A DNA stretch of 63,199 bases, filler included, from Octopus bimaculoides (GCF_001194135.2; 5 parts of 4 records of this genome joined end to end with filler, not necessarily neighbours in it); one strand, 5' to 3'; numbered from the whole stretch's first letter, positions 37,420 to 49,668 are shown. Made by a program: numbers and translations. Notes: a model not told the origin generated them from the sequence alone.

Positions 37420-39039
37420 NNNNNNNNNNGTGTGTGTGGTAGAAATAATGCTATAATATTTCAATCTGTAAACCCTGAAATTTCGTAGTTCTTGTAGCAA
37501 TTACATCTCCTCAGATTCTATTAAAAACCATAGAATAAATGCCTGTGTAACGGGGTTTGATGTGTTTCTTTATGGATAAATGTCACTAAGTAGAGTGTTT
37601 AAGTAGTCAGAACTTTTGCATTGTCCTCGTGTAGGCACACGCACACACACACATACACATACATGTATAGAATATGTATTACTCTCTCAAACGAAAACGT
37701 TAGGGCAACATCTTACCGCGGGAAGGCAAGTAAATTCCGCATGGCAGATTGATTAACATGTGTATTGATACTTCAATCCGCAGCAATGGGATAATGTAGT
37801 GATAAAAAGGATTATTATTATTATTATTATTATTATTGTTCAGTAGTTTTATTTTTATAACGTGCTTTCACTTCATTACCGAACGCAGCTCTGTGCATTG
37901 TTATTATTATTATCAGAAGATCTTTGTAGAATGTTTAGAATTATAAATTTCGCTAACCTATGTAAATGGTTAGTATTTGTTTTGTTTGCCATAAATGAAG
38001 GAATGGCATCGTCAAATTTTGGAATCTAGATCAGAAAACTATGGAAAAAAAATACAACAGATAAAATAGAATGAAGAAAAGAGTAAAATAATGTTATAAA
38101 CATACTTACCTACCAACCTATCTACCTACTTACATACATACATACATACNNNNNNNNNNNNNNNNNNNNNNNNNNNNNNNNNNNNNNNNNNNNNNNNNNN
38201 NNNNNNNNNNNNNNNNNNNNNNNNNNNNNNNNNNNNNNNNNNNNNNNNNNNNNNNNNNNNNNNNNNNNNNNNNNNNNNNNNNNNNNNNNNNNNNNNNNNN
38301 NNNNNNNNNNNNNNNNNNNNNNNNNNNNNNNNNNNNNNNNNNNNNNNNNNNNATATATATATATATATATATATACATACATACATACGTACATACATAC
38401 ATAAATGTATTTGTGTGTATAGTTTATAAAGAAACAGAACATGTCAAAATATACTATGTGAAATGTTTACTGGAAGTGTCGACTCTAGATATATAATCCA
38501 TTTGATGCCACGATCAATTCTACTTATCAGAGGTATCATGTTTCTTAAAGATCTTGACACTTTAATCCTAATCATTTCATTCATTTCAACTTGAAAAATA
38601 GAAAGCAACTGACACCATTTTCTATTCTTTTATCCCTATTAAATTCTGGTATTCTTTCTTCATTCACTTTCTTTTAATCTTTAGAACCAACAAAAAAATG
38701 TATCAATTAAAGAAAATATAGCCAACGCTAAGGCCTTGCCAGGTCGCTCCAGAGATTATCGTTCCGAATCACTACAACAAAAGTTCGAATTCAAGTATTA
38801 GATTGCTAGTTGTCCCAGAATTGTATGTTAGCCAAATGCCGGAGTATGACTTCGTCTGATATTCCTATCAGTACATGAATGGGACTAGATAGTTTAAAGG
38901 GATACATGTGGAGGTTGCTTTAAAACATTTTGTAGTTTGACTGTAGTAGTGTTCTAATCATTTATATTGAACACATTTCAGTAGTAATCATTGCTCCTGA
39001 TAGAATAGGCACTCTGTGGATTATCTTCTATCCTTTATC

Positions 39040-39240
39040 CTTTACTTGTTTTAGTCATTAGACACCGGCTATGCTGGGTTAGAGTCTTGAAGAATTTTTA
39101 ATCGAGTAAATCGACCCCAATACTCATTTTTGTTAAGCCTGGCACGTGTCCTATTAGTCTCTGCTGCCGAACTGCGAATTTACGGTGACATAATCACACC
39201 AACACCGGTTGTCAAGAGTTAATAGGGGACAAATACAGAA
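39040..39240 (-). mobile_element. SINE 3' half, degenerate
   Basis: ttacttgttttagtcatt...aatcgagtaaatcgacccc...caccggttgtcaag. Confidence 0.75.
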
Positions 39241-40974
39241 GGTATACATACACGCACACGTGCGTATGGGTATATATATATATATATATATATATACATA
39301 CATATACACATACTGAACCTGTCATTGTACTGGGCCATTGTCACCCTGTAATCATCGATTATATTGTTCATACTTTTGAGATTTGAAATGAACAAGAATA
39401 GAAATCGCAATGTCGGTTTAAGTTACGTTTTAATGCTTGAAGATTAAAGCCCGATGAGGTATTTTGCATCTCCAAGTAATGCGAGAAAATAGAGGTTTTG
39501 TATTCCATATATATAAAACCAACTGCTGCTATATTATATATGAAATGTAATATTAAAATAGCAAGCTAGAGAACTATTAAGTCTCAATGGATTAATTTAA
39601 TTGAGTTAAAATCAATATCTTTGAAGGAAAAAAATCCAATATTCAAAATTTCTAATCTACTGAAAGCGTTGAACTAAATTTTAAATCTAGTTGAAGCCAT
39701 TATTTCCTGTTTGACAAAAGCGAAAGTTTCATATTTAAAGAGAAATCTTAGATGTATTTTCATTTAGATTTTGCCTTGTTATCGTCAAATATATGTAAGC
39801 AAATTTCTCTTCTAATATATAGAGATTCGAAGAGATATGTAATTTAATAAGCATTAGCAGTCTGTACAGACGTTCTGTTTCTTTTGTAGAAGGCACACAT
39901 TCATATAATGTTAATATTATACATATTGTAAACAATAATAACTATCAAGAGACACCCTGCTTTTACGGTTCCGGTCTGCAGAACATATATACTTATCTTT
40001 CAACAGCTAATTTGCATATCCGTTGTACGTTTCTACAGCCAAACCTATACGACTACTTCGTCTTACAACACACTAATATACACCTAACATGTTAATGCTG
40101 TCGACTTAATGCTTGTCAACACTAATAATCAGTCACTTATTTTCGTAAGGATTTTTATTACTAACTCACTCCACATATGTATAAATACGTGAAACAAGAT
40201 TGATATGTTACAGAAATGAAGTGCATTTATGTGTGTATCAGACTAAATTTAAATTTTAGAATCATTACTCATATAACCCTTATCATTATATACACAGACC
40301 AACTAAACCAAGGGCGTTTAAAAATATGACATTTTTATCAGTCGTTTTAGTTCATTCAGCTAATGAGTTAATACGACTGTTACGTCAATCTCTTTCCATC
40401 ACTGATTTAAATGTATATTGTACATATCTTGGTTTATGTGATATGAATGGATACATGTTAGTGATTAATTAAATAAATAGGTTAAGAATAATATATCAAC
40501 CTTAATTCTGTAGAAATGAAAGTGCACATCACATTGAAGATCTCTAGATACAGCATGTCCGAAAATAAGATAGAATGGTCAGTCGTAGAGCGGTGGAAAT
40601 TGCAATTCGATCAGTGAAACCATTAAAATCTTTAACACAGAGATGAACATGGACGGTGCATTCCCCTTCGAAAATGATGTATAGTAAACAAAAGATTTTG
40701 GCTGTATTGCCCACAGACAAAACTGATGTGTTTTTATAATGATAGAACGAAAATCGAAGCAGAGATTTGAACCTATGGATCATCGATATAATCACAAGAA
40801 AAGAGACAAATATTGCAATTATTGAAAACATTTGCCAACCATAAGTAGGGTGTGGCACATTGGGGAAAATAGCCCTAAATACACGAGGTCTGAAAAATGA
40901 TGTCCGTAACTGTAAAATTTATGATTGCAATGACTTACATCGTAAGTCTACTCGATTGCTGCTGAATAGGTACT

Positions 40975-41328
40975 GCTGAGACCCCCTTCGGTCATGACTA
41001 ACCATGGGATTGCACCTAGAAAGTTACCCTCCAAGGCACAAGTCCGGGCAAGGTTGTTTATGGAAGACCAGCAGTCGCCCATGCATACTGGCCTCCCCTC
41101 TCCACGCCACAAGTTTTATCCAAGGGAAAAGTAAAGGCCGATACAGCTTGGCACCTGTGACGTCGCAACTCGTTTCTACAGATGAGTGACTGGAGCAACG
41201 TGAACTAAAGTGTCTTGCTCAAGTACACAACACGCAGCCCGCTCCGGGATTCGAACTCACAGNNNNNNNNNNCACAACCTGACAGATCGTAAGCTCGACG
41301 CTCTAACCACGGAGCCATGCGCCTTCAC
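40975..41328 (-). mobile_element. tRNA/CORE-like SINE with RTE-type 3' tail
   Basis: Head gtgaaggcgcatggctccgtggttagagcgtcgagcttacgatc, core gtacttgagcaagacacttt, tail containing gtccgggcaaggttgtttatggaagaccagcagtcgcccatgc (plus-strand reading). Confidence 0.8.
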
Positions 41329-41784
41329 TCGATTAGGTTTGATATAACTTAATGAACAAGAGGATACCGAGCTACTGAAATGAGTCTTCCTCAAATGACA
41401 ACCGAACTTTAAGAAGACTTCATATTTATGTTGCATAAAATGTGTCTGGGTTCTAAGCACATTTGAGATGTGAGAAATGATAAGGTCTGGAAAGTGTCTT
41501 TTTGAAATATTTGTGTGATCTGGTTTGACGACAAACGCAACAAGAGCAGCAACAACAAAGCCAGTATCAATACAAGGTGTTGAATGGGTTTATAGTTATA
41601 AGCTGCAGGACACACGATGTGAAGAATGCCGTTAAATGTTTTGCTATAAAATTGTACACGTAGAAATCATGCTACAAATGATGTGAATGAATTTCCGTTT
41701 ACGTTATGCAAACAAAGCATCATGGAACAGTTTAAGGATGAAGAGATACTACCAAATTTAGCAGCAACAGTTTCTCAGAAACAT

Positions 41785-41787
<3 letters not shown>

Positions 41788-41860
<73 letters not shown>
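41788..41860. repeat. (GA)n microsatellite
   Basis: Direct reading of the sequence. Confidence 0.97.
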
Positions 41861-41863
<3 letters not shown>

Positions 41864-42189
41864 TAGCAATTCTCTTTTGTACAGGTACAATTTAAAGCTT
41901 GTAGTAAATACTAACACACACTCAGACAACAGCATTTAATGTTTCTAAGTTTATACGATATATATTTTTTTCACTGTGGAAACGATGTTAAAAATTTAAA
42001 GTACGTTCTAAAATTTTATTTCTTTCTTTATATACGACATTCTCTAAATATATGTATGTTTGTTATTTCATTTCTCTTCACTTAAGTGTAACATCTTAAA
42101 AGATCTACAACTATCTATTATTCACGTTAAAGCACTTAATTCTGAATGATTCAGTTAAGAAATCGATCCAAATTTATTTCTACTGCTTC

Positions 42190-42251
42190 TGTCGTTGTTG
42201 TTATTGTTGTTGTTGTTGTCACTATTATTATTGTGGTTTTCATCATCATCA

Positions 42252-42301
<50 letters not shown>

Positions 42302-42756
42302 GGTGTGTTTCTTTACTTAATGGTTAATGGTGTCGAGTTATATGTTCAACAACTTTTACTTAATGCCTAAGGCTAATCTGCTGACCCAAAAATGATGTTT
42401 TACCAGTACTTGTGTAGTTAAACTTTCCACTAGACATTATCCAACGATATAAATTTCACACATATAGACATATATATATATATACACACACTTGCGCACA
42501 CACACACACACACACACGTATGTATGCAAATATACACGCACACGCGTATGTGTACAAACACACGTATATACATAAACATATTTATAAGTATATATTTTAT
42601 ATACACACATATCAATCGTTCCAGATATAAGTATATTTATATATACATATTTATATACATATATACAGATACACATACACACACATATATACATATACAT
42701 ATATGAGTGTGTGTGTATGTGTGTATGTGCAATTGTGCGCGCGTATAGGAGTATCA

Positions 42757-42824
<68 letters not shown>

Positions 42825-42940
42825 GTACACATATATACATATACATGTATACATATACGTATATACATATATGTATGTATGTATGTATGTATGCATGTAT
42901 GTATCTGTATGTGTGTATGTGTCTGTGTGCCTCTGTTAGA
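42190..42940. repeat. Compound simple-repeat block (GTT/CAT/TAT, then TA/CA/TATG)
   Basis: Direct reading of the sequence. Confidence 0.9.
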
Positions 42941-44099
42941 ATGAATATGTGAGCATGTCAGTCTGTACGTGTGGGTATATACAAATCTTATCTTTACGTT
43001 TCTATTACGTCACCACTTACAAATGTATTGTAATGCGTTTAGTAACCAAATGTTTGTTATTTCAGTGTCATTTTTACTGATCGGAATTTCCTTGAAATTT
43101 CCCCCCACTTAATTGGCTTGTTGGGTGGTTCTCTCCTATTAAGTTTTATTTTTACAACCCTCAATCATACGGTTAAAAATAAGACAAGATTATAAACACA
43201 TTAATATAGACACATAGAAACACTCAAATCTCTCCATCTCTCTTTCTCTCGCCCTCTCTCTCCCTCCTCGCTTTTTCGCTCTGTATATATACATACATAC
43301 ATACACACACANNNNNNNNNNNNNNNNNNNNNNNNNNNNNNNNNNNNNNNNNNNNNNNNNNNNNNNNNNNNNNNNNNNNNNNNNNNNNNNNNNNNNNNNN
43401 NNNNNNNNNNNNNNNNNNNNNNNNNNNNNNNNNNNNNNNNNNNNNNNNNNNNNNNNNNNNNNNNNNNNNNNNNNNNNNNNNNNNNNNNNNNNNNNNNNNN
43501 NNNNNNNNNNNNNNNNNNNNNNNNNNNNNNNNNNNNNNNNNNNNNNNNNNNNNNNNNNNNNNNNNNNNNNNNNNNNNNNNNNNNNNNNNNNNNNNNNNNN
43601 NNNNNNNNNNNNNNNNNNNNNNNNNNNNNNNNNNNNNNNNNNNNNNNNNNNNNNNNNNNNNNNNNNNNNNNNNNNNNNNNNNNNNNNNNNNNNNNNNNNN
43701 NNNNNNNNNNNNNNNNNNNNNNNNNNNNNNNNNNNNNNNNNNNNNNNNNNNNNNNNNNNNNNNNNNNNNNNNNNNNNNNNNNNNNNNNNNNNNNNNNNNN
43801 NNNNNNNNNNNNNNNNNNNNNNNNNNNNNNNNNNNNNNNNNNNNNNNNNNNNNNNNNNNNNNNNNNNNNNNNNNNNNNNNNNNNNNNNNNNNNNNNNNNN
43901 NNNNNNNNNNNNNNNNNNNNNNNNNNNNNNNNNNNNNNNNNNNNNNNNNNNNNNNNNNNNNNNNNNNNNNNNNNNNNNNNNNNNNNNNNNNNNNNNNNNN
44001 NNNNNNNNNNNNNNNNNNNNNNNNNNNNNNNNNNNNNNNNNNNNNNNNNNNNNNNNNNNNNNNNNNNNNNNACACAAACACACACACACACACACACAG

Positions 44100-44132
<33 letters not shown>

Positions 44133-44164
44133 TACACACACATATATATATATACATTTATACC

Positions 44165-44322
44165 ACGGCTTCTTTCAGTTTCCGTCTACCAGATCAACTC
44201 ACAAGGCTTTGGTCGCCCCTAGGCTATAGTAGAAGACACTTGCCCAAGATGCCACGCAGCGGGTCTAAACCCGGAAACATGTGGTCGGTAATAAAGCTAC
44301 TTACCACAGAGCCACTCCTGCG
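44165..44322 (-). mobile_element. SINE 5' half (tRNA head plus CORE-like block)
   Basis: ggcttctttcagtttccgtctacc...gaagacacttgcccaag...cttaccacagagccactcctgcgc. Confidence 0.85.
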
Positions 44323-44324
44323 CA

Positions 44325-44366
<42 letters not shown>

Positions 44367-44466
44367 NNNNNNNNNNNNNNNNNNNNNNNNNNNNNNNNNN
44401 NNNNNNNNNNTTAATTAATTAANNNNNNNNNNNNNNNNNNNNNNNNNNNNNNNNNNNNNNNNNNNN

Positions 44467-44511
<45 letters not shown>

Positions 44512-44885
44512 CACACACAGAGACATACATGTATATATATGTATGTATGCATGTAAGTAGGCGTATATATGTGTGTGTGTATAATATATATACACACACA
44601 TATATATATATTATAATAGCCTATTATTGAGCTGGATGTTAGTGTACATGTGGCACCAGCCCAATAAAATAATAAACTTTATATTTACTAAACTAAAACA
44701 CACAGTAAATTATTATTAATCAATATTGTACAAACATAAAAAGCAAAAGCAAATACATACGAATGTAAAAAGACAGACAAAGCCTTAACAAAAAATTTCA
44801 ATTGAGATCTCATAGAACAACTGATCCATGTAAACTCTATGTGACATTCAAGGATCATAATAAAAATTTAATAACTAACCTTAAA

Positions 44886-45045
44886 CAGGTGCTGGCATGG
44901 CTGTGTGATAAGAAGTTTGCTTGCCAACCATATGGTTCCTGCTACAGAATCACTGCACAGAACCTTGGACAAATGTCTTATACTATAGCCTCAGGCTGAT
45001 CAAAGCTTTGTCAGTTAATTTAGTAGACAGAAACTGAGCCCATTG

Positions 45046-45079
<34 letters not shown>

Positions 45080-45995
45080 TCATATCAACATCATGATATA
45101 TATATATATATGTATATAGATCGCTGACCACTACATTTATATTTTTTTTCTCCTTGTTTCTGTCCTTATTTCTTTCTGTGTTCCTTTCAGTTGAAGAGCG
45201 TAGGCTCGAAACGTCAAAGACTTTCTCTTATACATCCATTTGTTGTTTACACCACCTGTCTTCGTCTGTTGTTTTTTCGTAAATTCTCCCATATATATAT
45301 ATATATNNNNNNNNNNNNNNNNNNNNNNNNNNNNNNNNNNNNNNNNNNNNNNNNNNNNNNNNNNNNNNNNNNNNNNNNNNNNNNNNNNNNNNNNNNNNNN
45401 NNNNNNNNNNNNNNNNNNNNNNNNNNNNNNNNNNNNNNNNNNNNNNNNNNNNNNNNNNNNNNNNNNNNNNNNNNNNNNNNNNNNNNNNNNNNNNNNNNNN
45501 NNNNNNNNNNNNNNNNNNNNNNNNNNNNNNNNNNNNNNNNNNNNNNNNNNNNNNNNNNNNNNNNNNNNNNNNNNNNNNNNNNNNNNNNNNNNNNNNNNNN
45601 NNNNNNNNNNNNNNNNNNNNNNNNNNNNNNNNNNNNNNNNNNNNNNNNNNNNNNNNNNNNNNNNNNNNNNNNNNNNNNNNNNNNNNNNNNNNNNNNNNNN
45701 NNNNNNNNNNNNNNNNNNNNNNNNNNNNNNNNNNNNNNNNNNNNNNTATATATATGTATGTATGTATATGTATGTATGTATTTGTGTGTCTGTATTTGTC
45801 CCCCCGACTACCACTTGACAACAAGTGTTGGTGTGTTTATGTCCCTGTAACTTAGCAGTTCAGCAAAAGAAACCAATAGAATAAGTACCTAACTTACAAA
45901 GAATAAGTCCTGGGGTCGATTTGTTTGACTAAAAGGCAGTGCTCCAGCATGGCCACAGTTAAATGACCAAAACCAGTAAATGAATAAAAGAATAT
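44886..45995 (+). mobile_element. One SINE (5' half 44886-45046, 3' half 45781-45995) split by an expanded internal microsatellite, a PLE-like insert and a gap
   Basis: Both halves are collinear with the full-length copy at 53607-53986. Their CpGs are largely converted to TpG/CpA. Confidence 0.65.
45184..45219 (+). ncRNA. Minimal type-I hammerhead ribozyme-like motif (Penelope pLTR type), core degenerate
   Basis: cttt-CAGTTGA-a-gagc(gtag)gctc-GAAA-c-GTC-aaag: stem I cttt/aaag, stem II gagc/gctc, palindromic ACGT stem III, GUC triplet. The core differs from CUGANGA at two positions. Confidence 0.5.
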
Positions 45996-46049
45996 ACATA
46001 TGAAAGAATATTTATATATATATATATATTTCTTTTTTTTTCTTTTATT

Positions 46050-46243
46050 TCTTTCAGTCATTTGACTGCGGCCATGTAGGAGCACCGCCTTTAGTTGAGC
46101 AAATCAACCCTAGGACTTATTCCTTGTAAGCCCAGTACTTATTCTATCGGTCACTCTTGCCAAACCGCTAAGTTACAGGGACGTAAACACACCAGCATCA
46201 GCAGTCAAGCGATGCCGTGGGGGACAAACACAGACACATATAC

Positions 46244-46304
<61 letters not shown>

Positions 46305-46450
46305 ACAAGCTTCTTTCAGTTTCCGTCTACCAAATCCACTCACAAGGCTTTGGTTGGCCTGAGCCTATAGTAGAAGACACTTGCCCAAGGTGCCATGCAG
46401 TGGGACTGAACCCGGAACCATGTGGTTGGTAATCAAGCTACTTACCACAC
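46050..46450 (-). mobile_element. Full-length SINE with internal (TG)n/(TA)n
   Basis: 3' half, microsatellite at about 46235-46302, CORE-like block and tRNA head are all present. Confidence 0.9.
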
Positions 46451-46562
46451 ACCCACACAGGAAAAAATATAGGCAAATTTGTTGTTGAAAATGCATCTAA
46501 ATTTGAGAAAACTTGTAATTGTTTTTAAATAAATTTATTTACATATTTACCAAATTAGTTTC

Positions 46563-46673
46563 AACAATATTTTTTTGTTTATCAACAGTAAAAATTTAGA
46601 ATTTGAAACTTTTAAACATTCTTTTGTAATTCATAATTCTAAATTTTTACCATCAATAAACAAAAAATATGTT
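46563..46673. repeat. AT-rich inverted repeat (about 40-bp arms), MITE-like
   Basis: aatatttttttgtttatcaacagtaaaaatttagaatt pairs with aattctaaatttttaccatcaataaacaaaaaatatgtt. Confidence 0.8.
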
Positions 46674-46674
46674 T

Positions 46675-46750
46675 TTCTACTCTAGGTACAAGGCCCGAAA
46701 TTTTTGGGGAGGGGCCCAGTCGATTAGATCGATCCCAGTACACAACTAGG
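46675..46750 (-). mobile_element. Meta-like SINE 3' fragment
   Basis: tttctactctaggtacaaggcccgaaatttttgggg...gtcgattagatcgatcccagt. Confidence 0.75.
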
Positions 46751-47362
46751 TAACTTTTTTTTCTTCAAAACCGGTCAAATTTTATGCTGATAGAATATTT
46801 AAATTGCCTGATAGATGGCAAAGGTTGTTAATAATAATAGAAATTATTCATTGAATAAAACCTATTGAAAGGTCAATTATTCATATCCCTTTTTGTATAT
46901 TAAAAAACGCTCAGAACTTTCCAGACAACCTAATAAATTATCAATTAGTATTTTCAAAAGACAGAAGCTAAAATTAACAATAAACACAAACCTGAAAATT
47001 ATATATATTCTGTATTTAACATTAAATATGAAAACTGGCAAATGCTATGTCTACCAAAATCCAAATAATGCAACAATACTCAAACACTCGCCAACAGTTA
47101 TAAATCACATTACAGATAAAATTAATGATTGTGCAGTTTATGTATCATCAACTATGGAAATATTCAATTAATTTAGCCCATGCTACAAAAATTTTGAGGA
47201 AGAAGTGATTTTAATGATAAACTGAAATATATAGAAACAGCCCACACCAAAAAAGAAAAACAGAGATAGAAAATAATAGGGTCCAGTCCATTTTGCTGGA
47301 TAATTGAAAGTACAAATATTGAAACAAACTTTCTAACATTGACATACACACCTTTCTCCACT

Positions 47363-47499
47363 TTAGATTTGTATCATGAAACTGTTAATAAAAATTGAAT
47401 CAAAGCTGGCTACAGCTGTTTGTGAAGTATGGAATAACAAATCTCCAGCCTTAATCAAGAGCCATGAAACAAAATGCAACCAACACAAAGTGAATACAC
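47363..47499 (-). CDS. Candidate terminal exon C (GVFTLCWLHFVSWLLIKAG...SFMIQI*)
   Basis: atttttgtctacag|G acceptor. The phase-1 frame is open for 44 codons and matches the phase of exon B. Confidence 0.35.
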
Positions 47500-47542
47500 C
47501 TGTAGACAAAAATCTATTTTTCCCTTAACAAAAACTACTTGT

Positions 47543-47754
47543 TTAATCCTTTAGCCCTCAGATTACTCTGCAATATTTATTTATTCACATTGTTTTGAAT
47601 TAACCATGTATTATCTTGTGGTTTCAAGATTTCAATGATGTGAATACTTATTATTAAACTAACATTGTAAGGCATTAGAGGTCGTATCTGACTAGTTTAA
47701 ACATAAAACAGGTAAAATATATTTGATACAAAGTTTAAATGCTTAAAGGGTTAA
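47543..47754. mobile_element. piggyBac-like non-autonomous element
   Basis: TTAA-tcctttagc ... gcttaaaggg-TTAA: TTAA on both sides with CCCTTT/AAAGGG-type termini. Confidence 0.75.
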
Positions 47755-47823
47755 TGAGCTTGTGCATAAAACTGACATGGACAATTGACAGGACAGAAAG
47801 AACATCAGCTTAACTGAAATTAC

Positions 47824-47869
47824 CTGCAAAAATCTCAGAAGCAACTCCATTAACACTGTTCATCAATAT
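47824..47869 (-). CDS. Candidate internal exon B (ILMNSVNGVASEIFA+g), 46 nt
   Basis: ctgtctttatgtttcttttctaatgttacag| acceptor with a ctaat branch-like motif, and CAG|GTAATT donor. Only phase 0 is open. Confidence 0.45.
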
Positions 47870-48200
47870 CTGTAACATTAGAAAAGAAACATAAAGACAG
47901 AAATCTTTCAAATATATTCTTGTATAGGTTGCATTCAGATTATAAAGAGGTTACATATGTCATTTACAATCAAAGTTGGGGCTGTGAAATCTGATACTCA
48001 AAACTTATGTCTTTGGTATGTGTGACTTGATAATGCAATTAATATAGAAGGAAGAAGGCACCTATCTCCACTACAGTTGCTTCTTCTTAAATTGTGTTAC
48101 ATTCTTCCTGTCCATGAATGAATTTTATGTGTGAGACACATGCGTTTGGGCTGGCAAATGAAATGGATAAGTGACAGGACCATTATTATAAAAAATTTAC

Positions 48201-48256
48201 CATCCAAGGAAATAAGAATTTGTATAAACTCTGAGTTGCAACACGAAAAGTATCAA
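48201..48256 (-). CDS. Candidate internal exon A (xDTFRVATQSLYKFLFPWM), 56 nt
   Basis: gttttatgcag| acceptor and ATG|GTAAAT donor. It ends in phase 0, compatible with exon B. Confidence 0.35.
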
Positions 48257-48719
48257 CTGCATAAAACACACACACACACCTGCACATGCTTACATTGTTT
48301 GCACACACACACATGAATGTATATGTGTGTGTGTGTGTATGTGTTTATATATTCATGAACACTCATGTGCAATCATCAGGGTTGTTTTCATTGTCACTAT
48401 GGTTAATGAAGATTAGTTGACACAGCACTGTCACATCTACATATTTACTAATTAGAAATTCTTTACGAATTATTTCATGTAATATTTTCTCTCAAATGTA
48501 TTTTATTTACGATAAACTGTCTTATGTTTTGACACTATACACTAAATATTTAATTTAGAGAATTCTATCATATTCAATCCACTTTCTGTATTTGCAGGCT
48601 AAAAGTCTTCTCCTATTTTTATTTCTTGTTCAACATCATACTTTTTACTGACTCCATTTCTTTCTTCTAATGAAAGCATATTATTTAAGCATAATATTAT
48701 TTCAACACTGGCATGGCAG

Positions 48720-48880
48720 TGCAATTTAGAAGTTCTCTTTGAAACTTTGTGGTTAGTAATTCAGTCCCACTACATACATGTTGTTGGCTAATATCCTATA
48801 TTATAGCCTTAGGTTGACCAATACTTTGTGAGTGAAATTGGTAGACAGAAAATTAAGCCTGTCGTGTTTGTATGTATTTA
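48720..48880 (+). mobile_element. Old SINE 5' half
   Basis: ttcagtcccactac...tattatagcc...tttgtgagtgaaattggtagacagaaa. Confidence 0.6.
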
Positions 48881-48940
48881 TACTGTGTGTGTGTCTGTTT
48901 GTGTGAGTGATTGCATGTTTTCCCCTTTCCATACGTGTGT

Positions 48941-49159
48941 TAAGAAGGTACTGAAAAGTTCCTGGCTTTAAGGGTGACACAAAAAAACCTGCTTGGAGGC
49001 CCACCCTTCCAAATTCTTTTACAGGGCTTAGAAAGACTGAGTGACTGTTGCAATAAGTATGTGAATCTGAGAGGGGAATATGTTGAACAAAATCATAATT
49101 AACTGATCCTCTTGTATTTTCTATTACCCAAAGCCAGGAACTTTCAACACCACCTCATA
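48941..49159 (+). mobile_element. mariner-derived MITE with both TIRs and TA ends
   Basis: TA-agaaggtactgaaaagttcctggcttt ... aaagccaggaactttcaacaccacctca-TA. The interior retains a transposase C-terminal remnant (..LRGEYVE). Confidence 0.8.
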
Positions 49160-49668
49160 AACAAAACAACAGCATTGCTATGAAATACAGGCAATGTTAT
49201 ATGTTTTCGGTCAACTGTACAGGATTCTTGCCATGCTGGACAAACAAAACAGCTCATAACTATGATTAGCCTGTCGTTTGTTCAACAGAGAACATCTCCT
49301 TGTTCCCAAGCAGATAAGGGATGGAGATAAGAGTATTCAGCTATAGAAAATCAACAAAGTCTACCTGAATCACAATAATGACTGTAGTTATGTTTTAACA
49401 TGCATGAAAAGTTTGTGTTTTAAATAACACTATGTCTGTGGGAAATTCGTTTGCAATATTCCCAAATTTTATCATGAATTGAGAATCTTCTCACACCAAC
49501 AATTTAACACATAAAAATTTAGTTTTATGTGAAATAGAAAATAAAAAAACGTTTTAACTATTTCCATCTAAGAGTCTTTATGCAGGGTTTTGCAGATAAT
49601 TTGAGACAATTTTTACAGTGCATAAAGCTGGTTATAAATATTACTATAATAGTATAATTTTAATGTAA

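Noticed and set aside
47440-47499. GVFTLCWL as a class-A GPCR TM6 motif
   Set aside because: The conserved Pro is absent (His), and the distance from the TM5-like FLFP is only 24 residues, too short for TM5-IL3-TM6.
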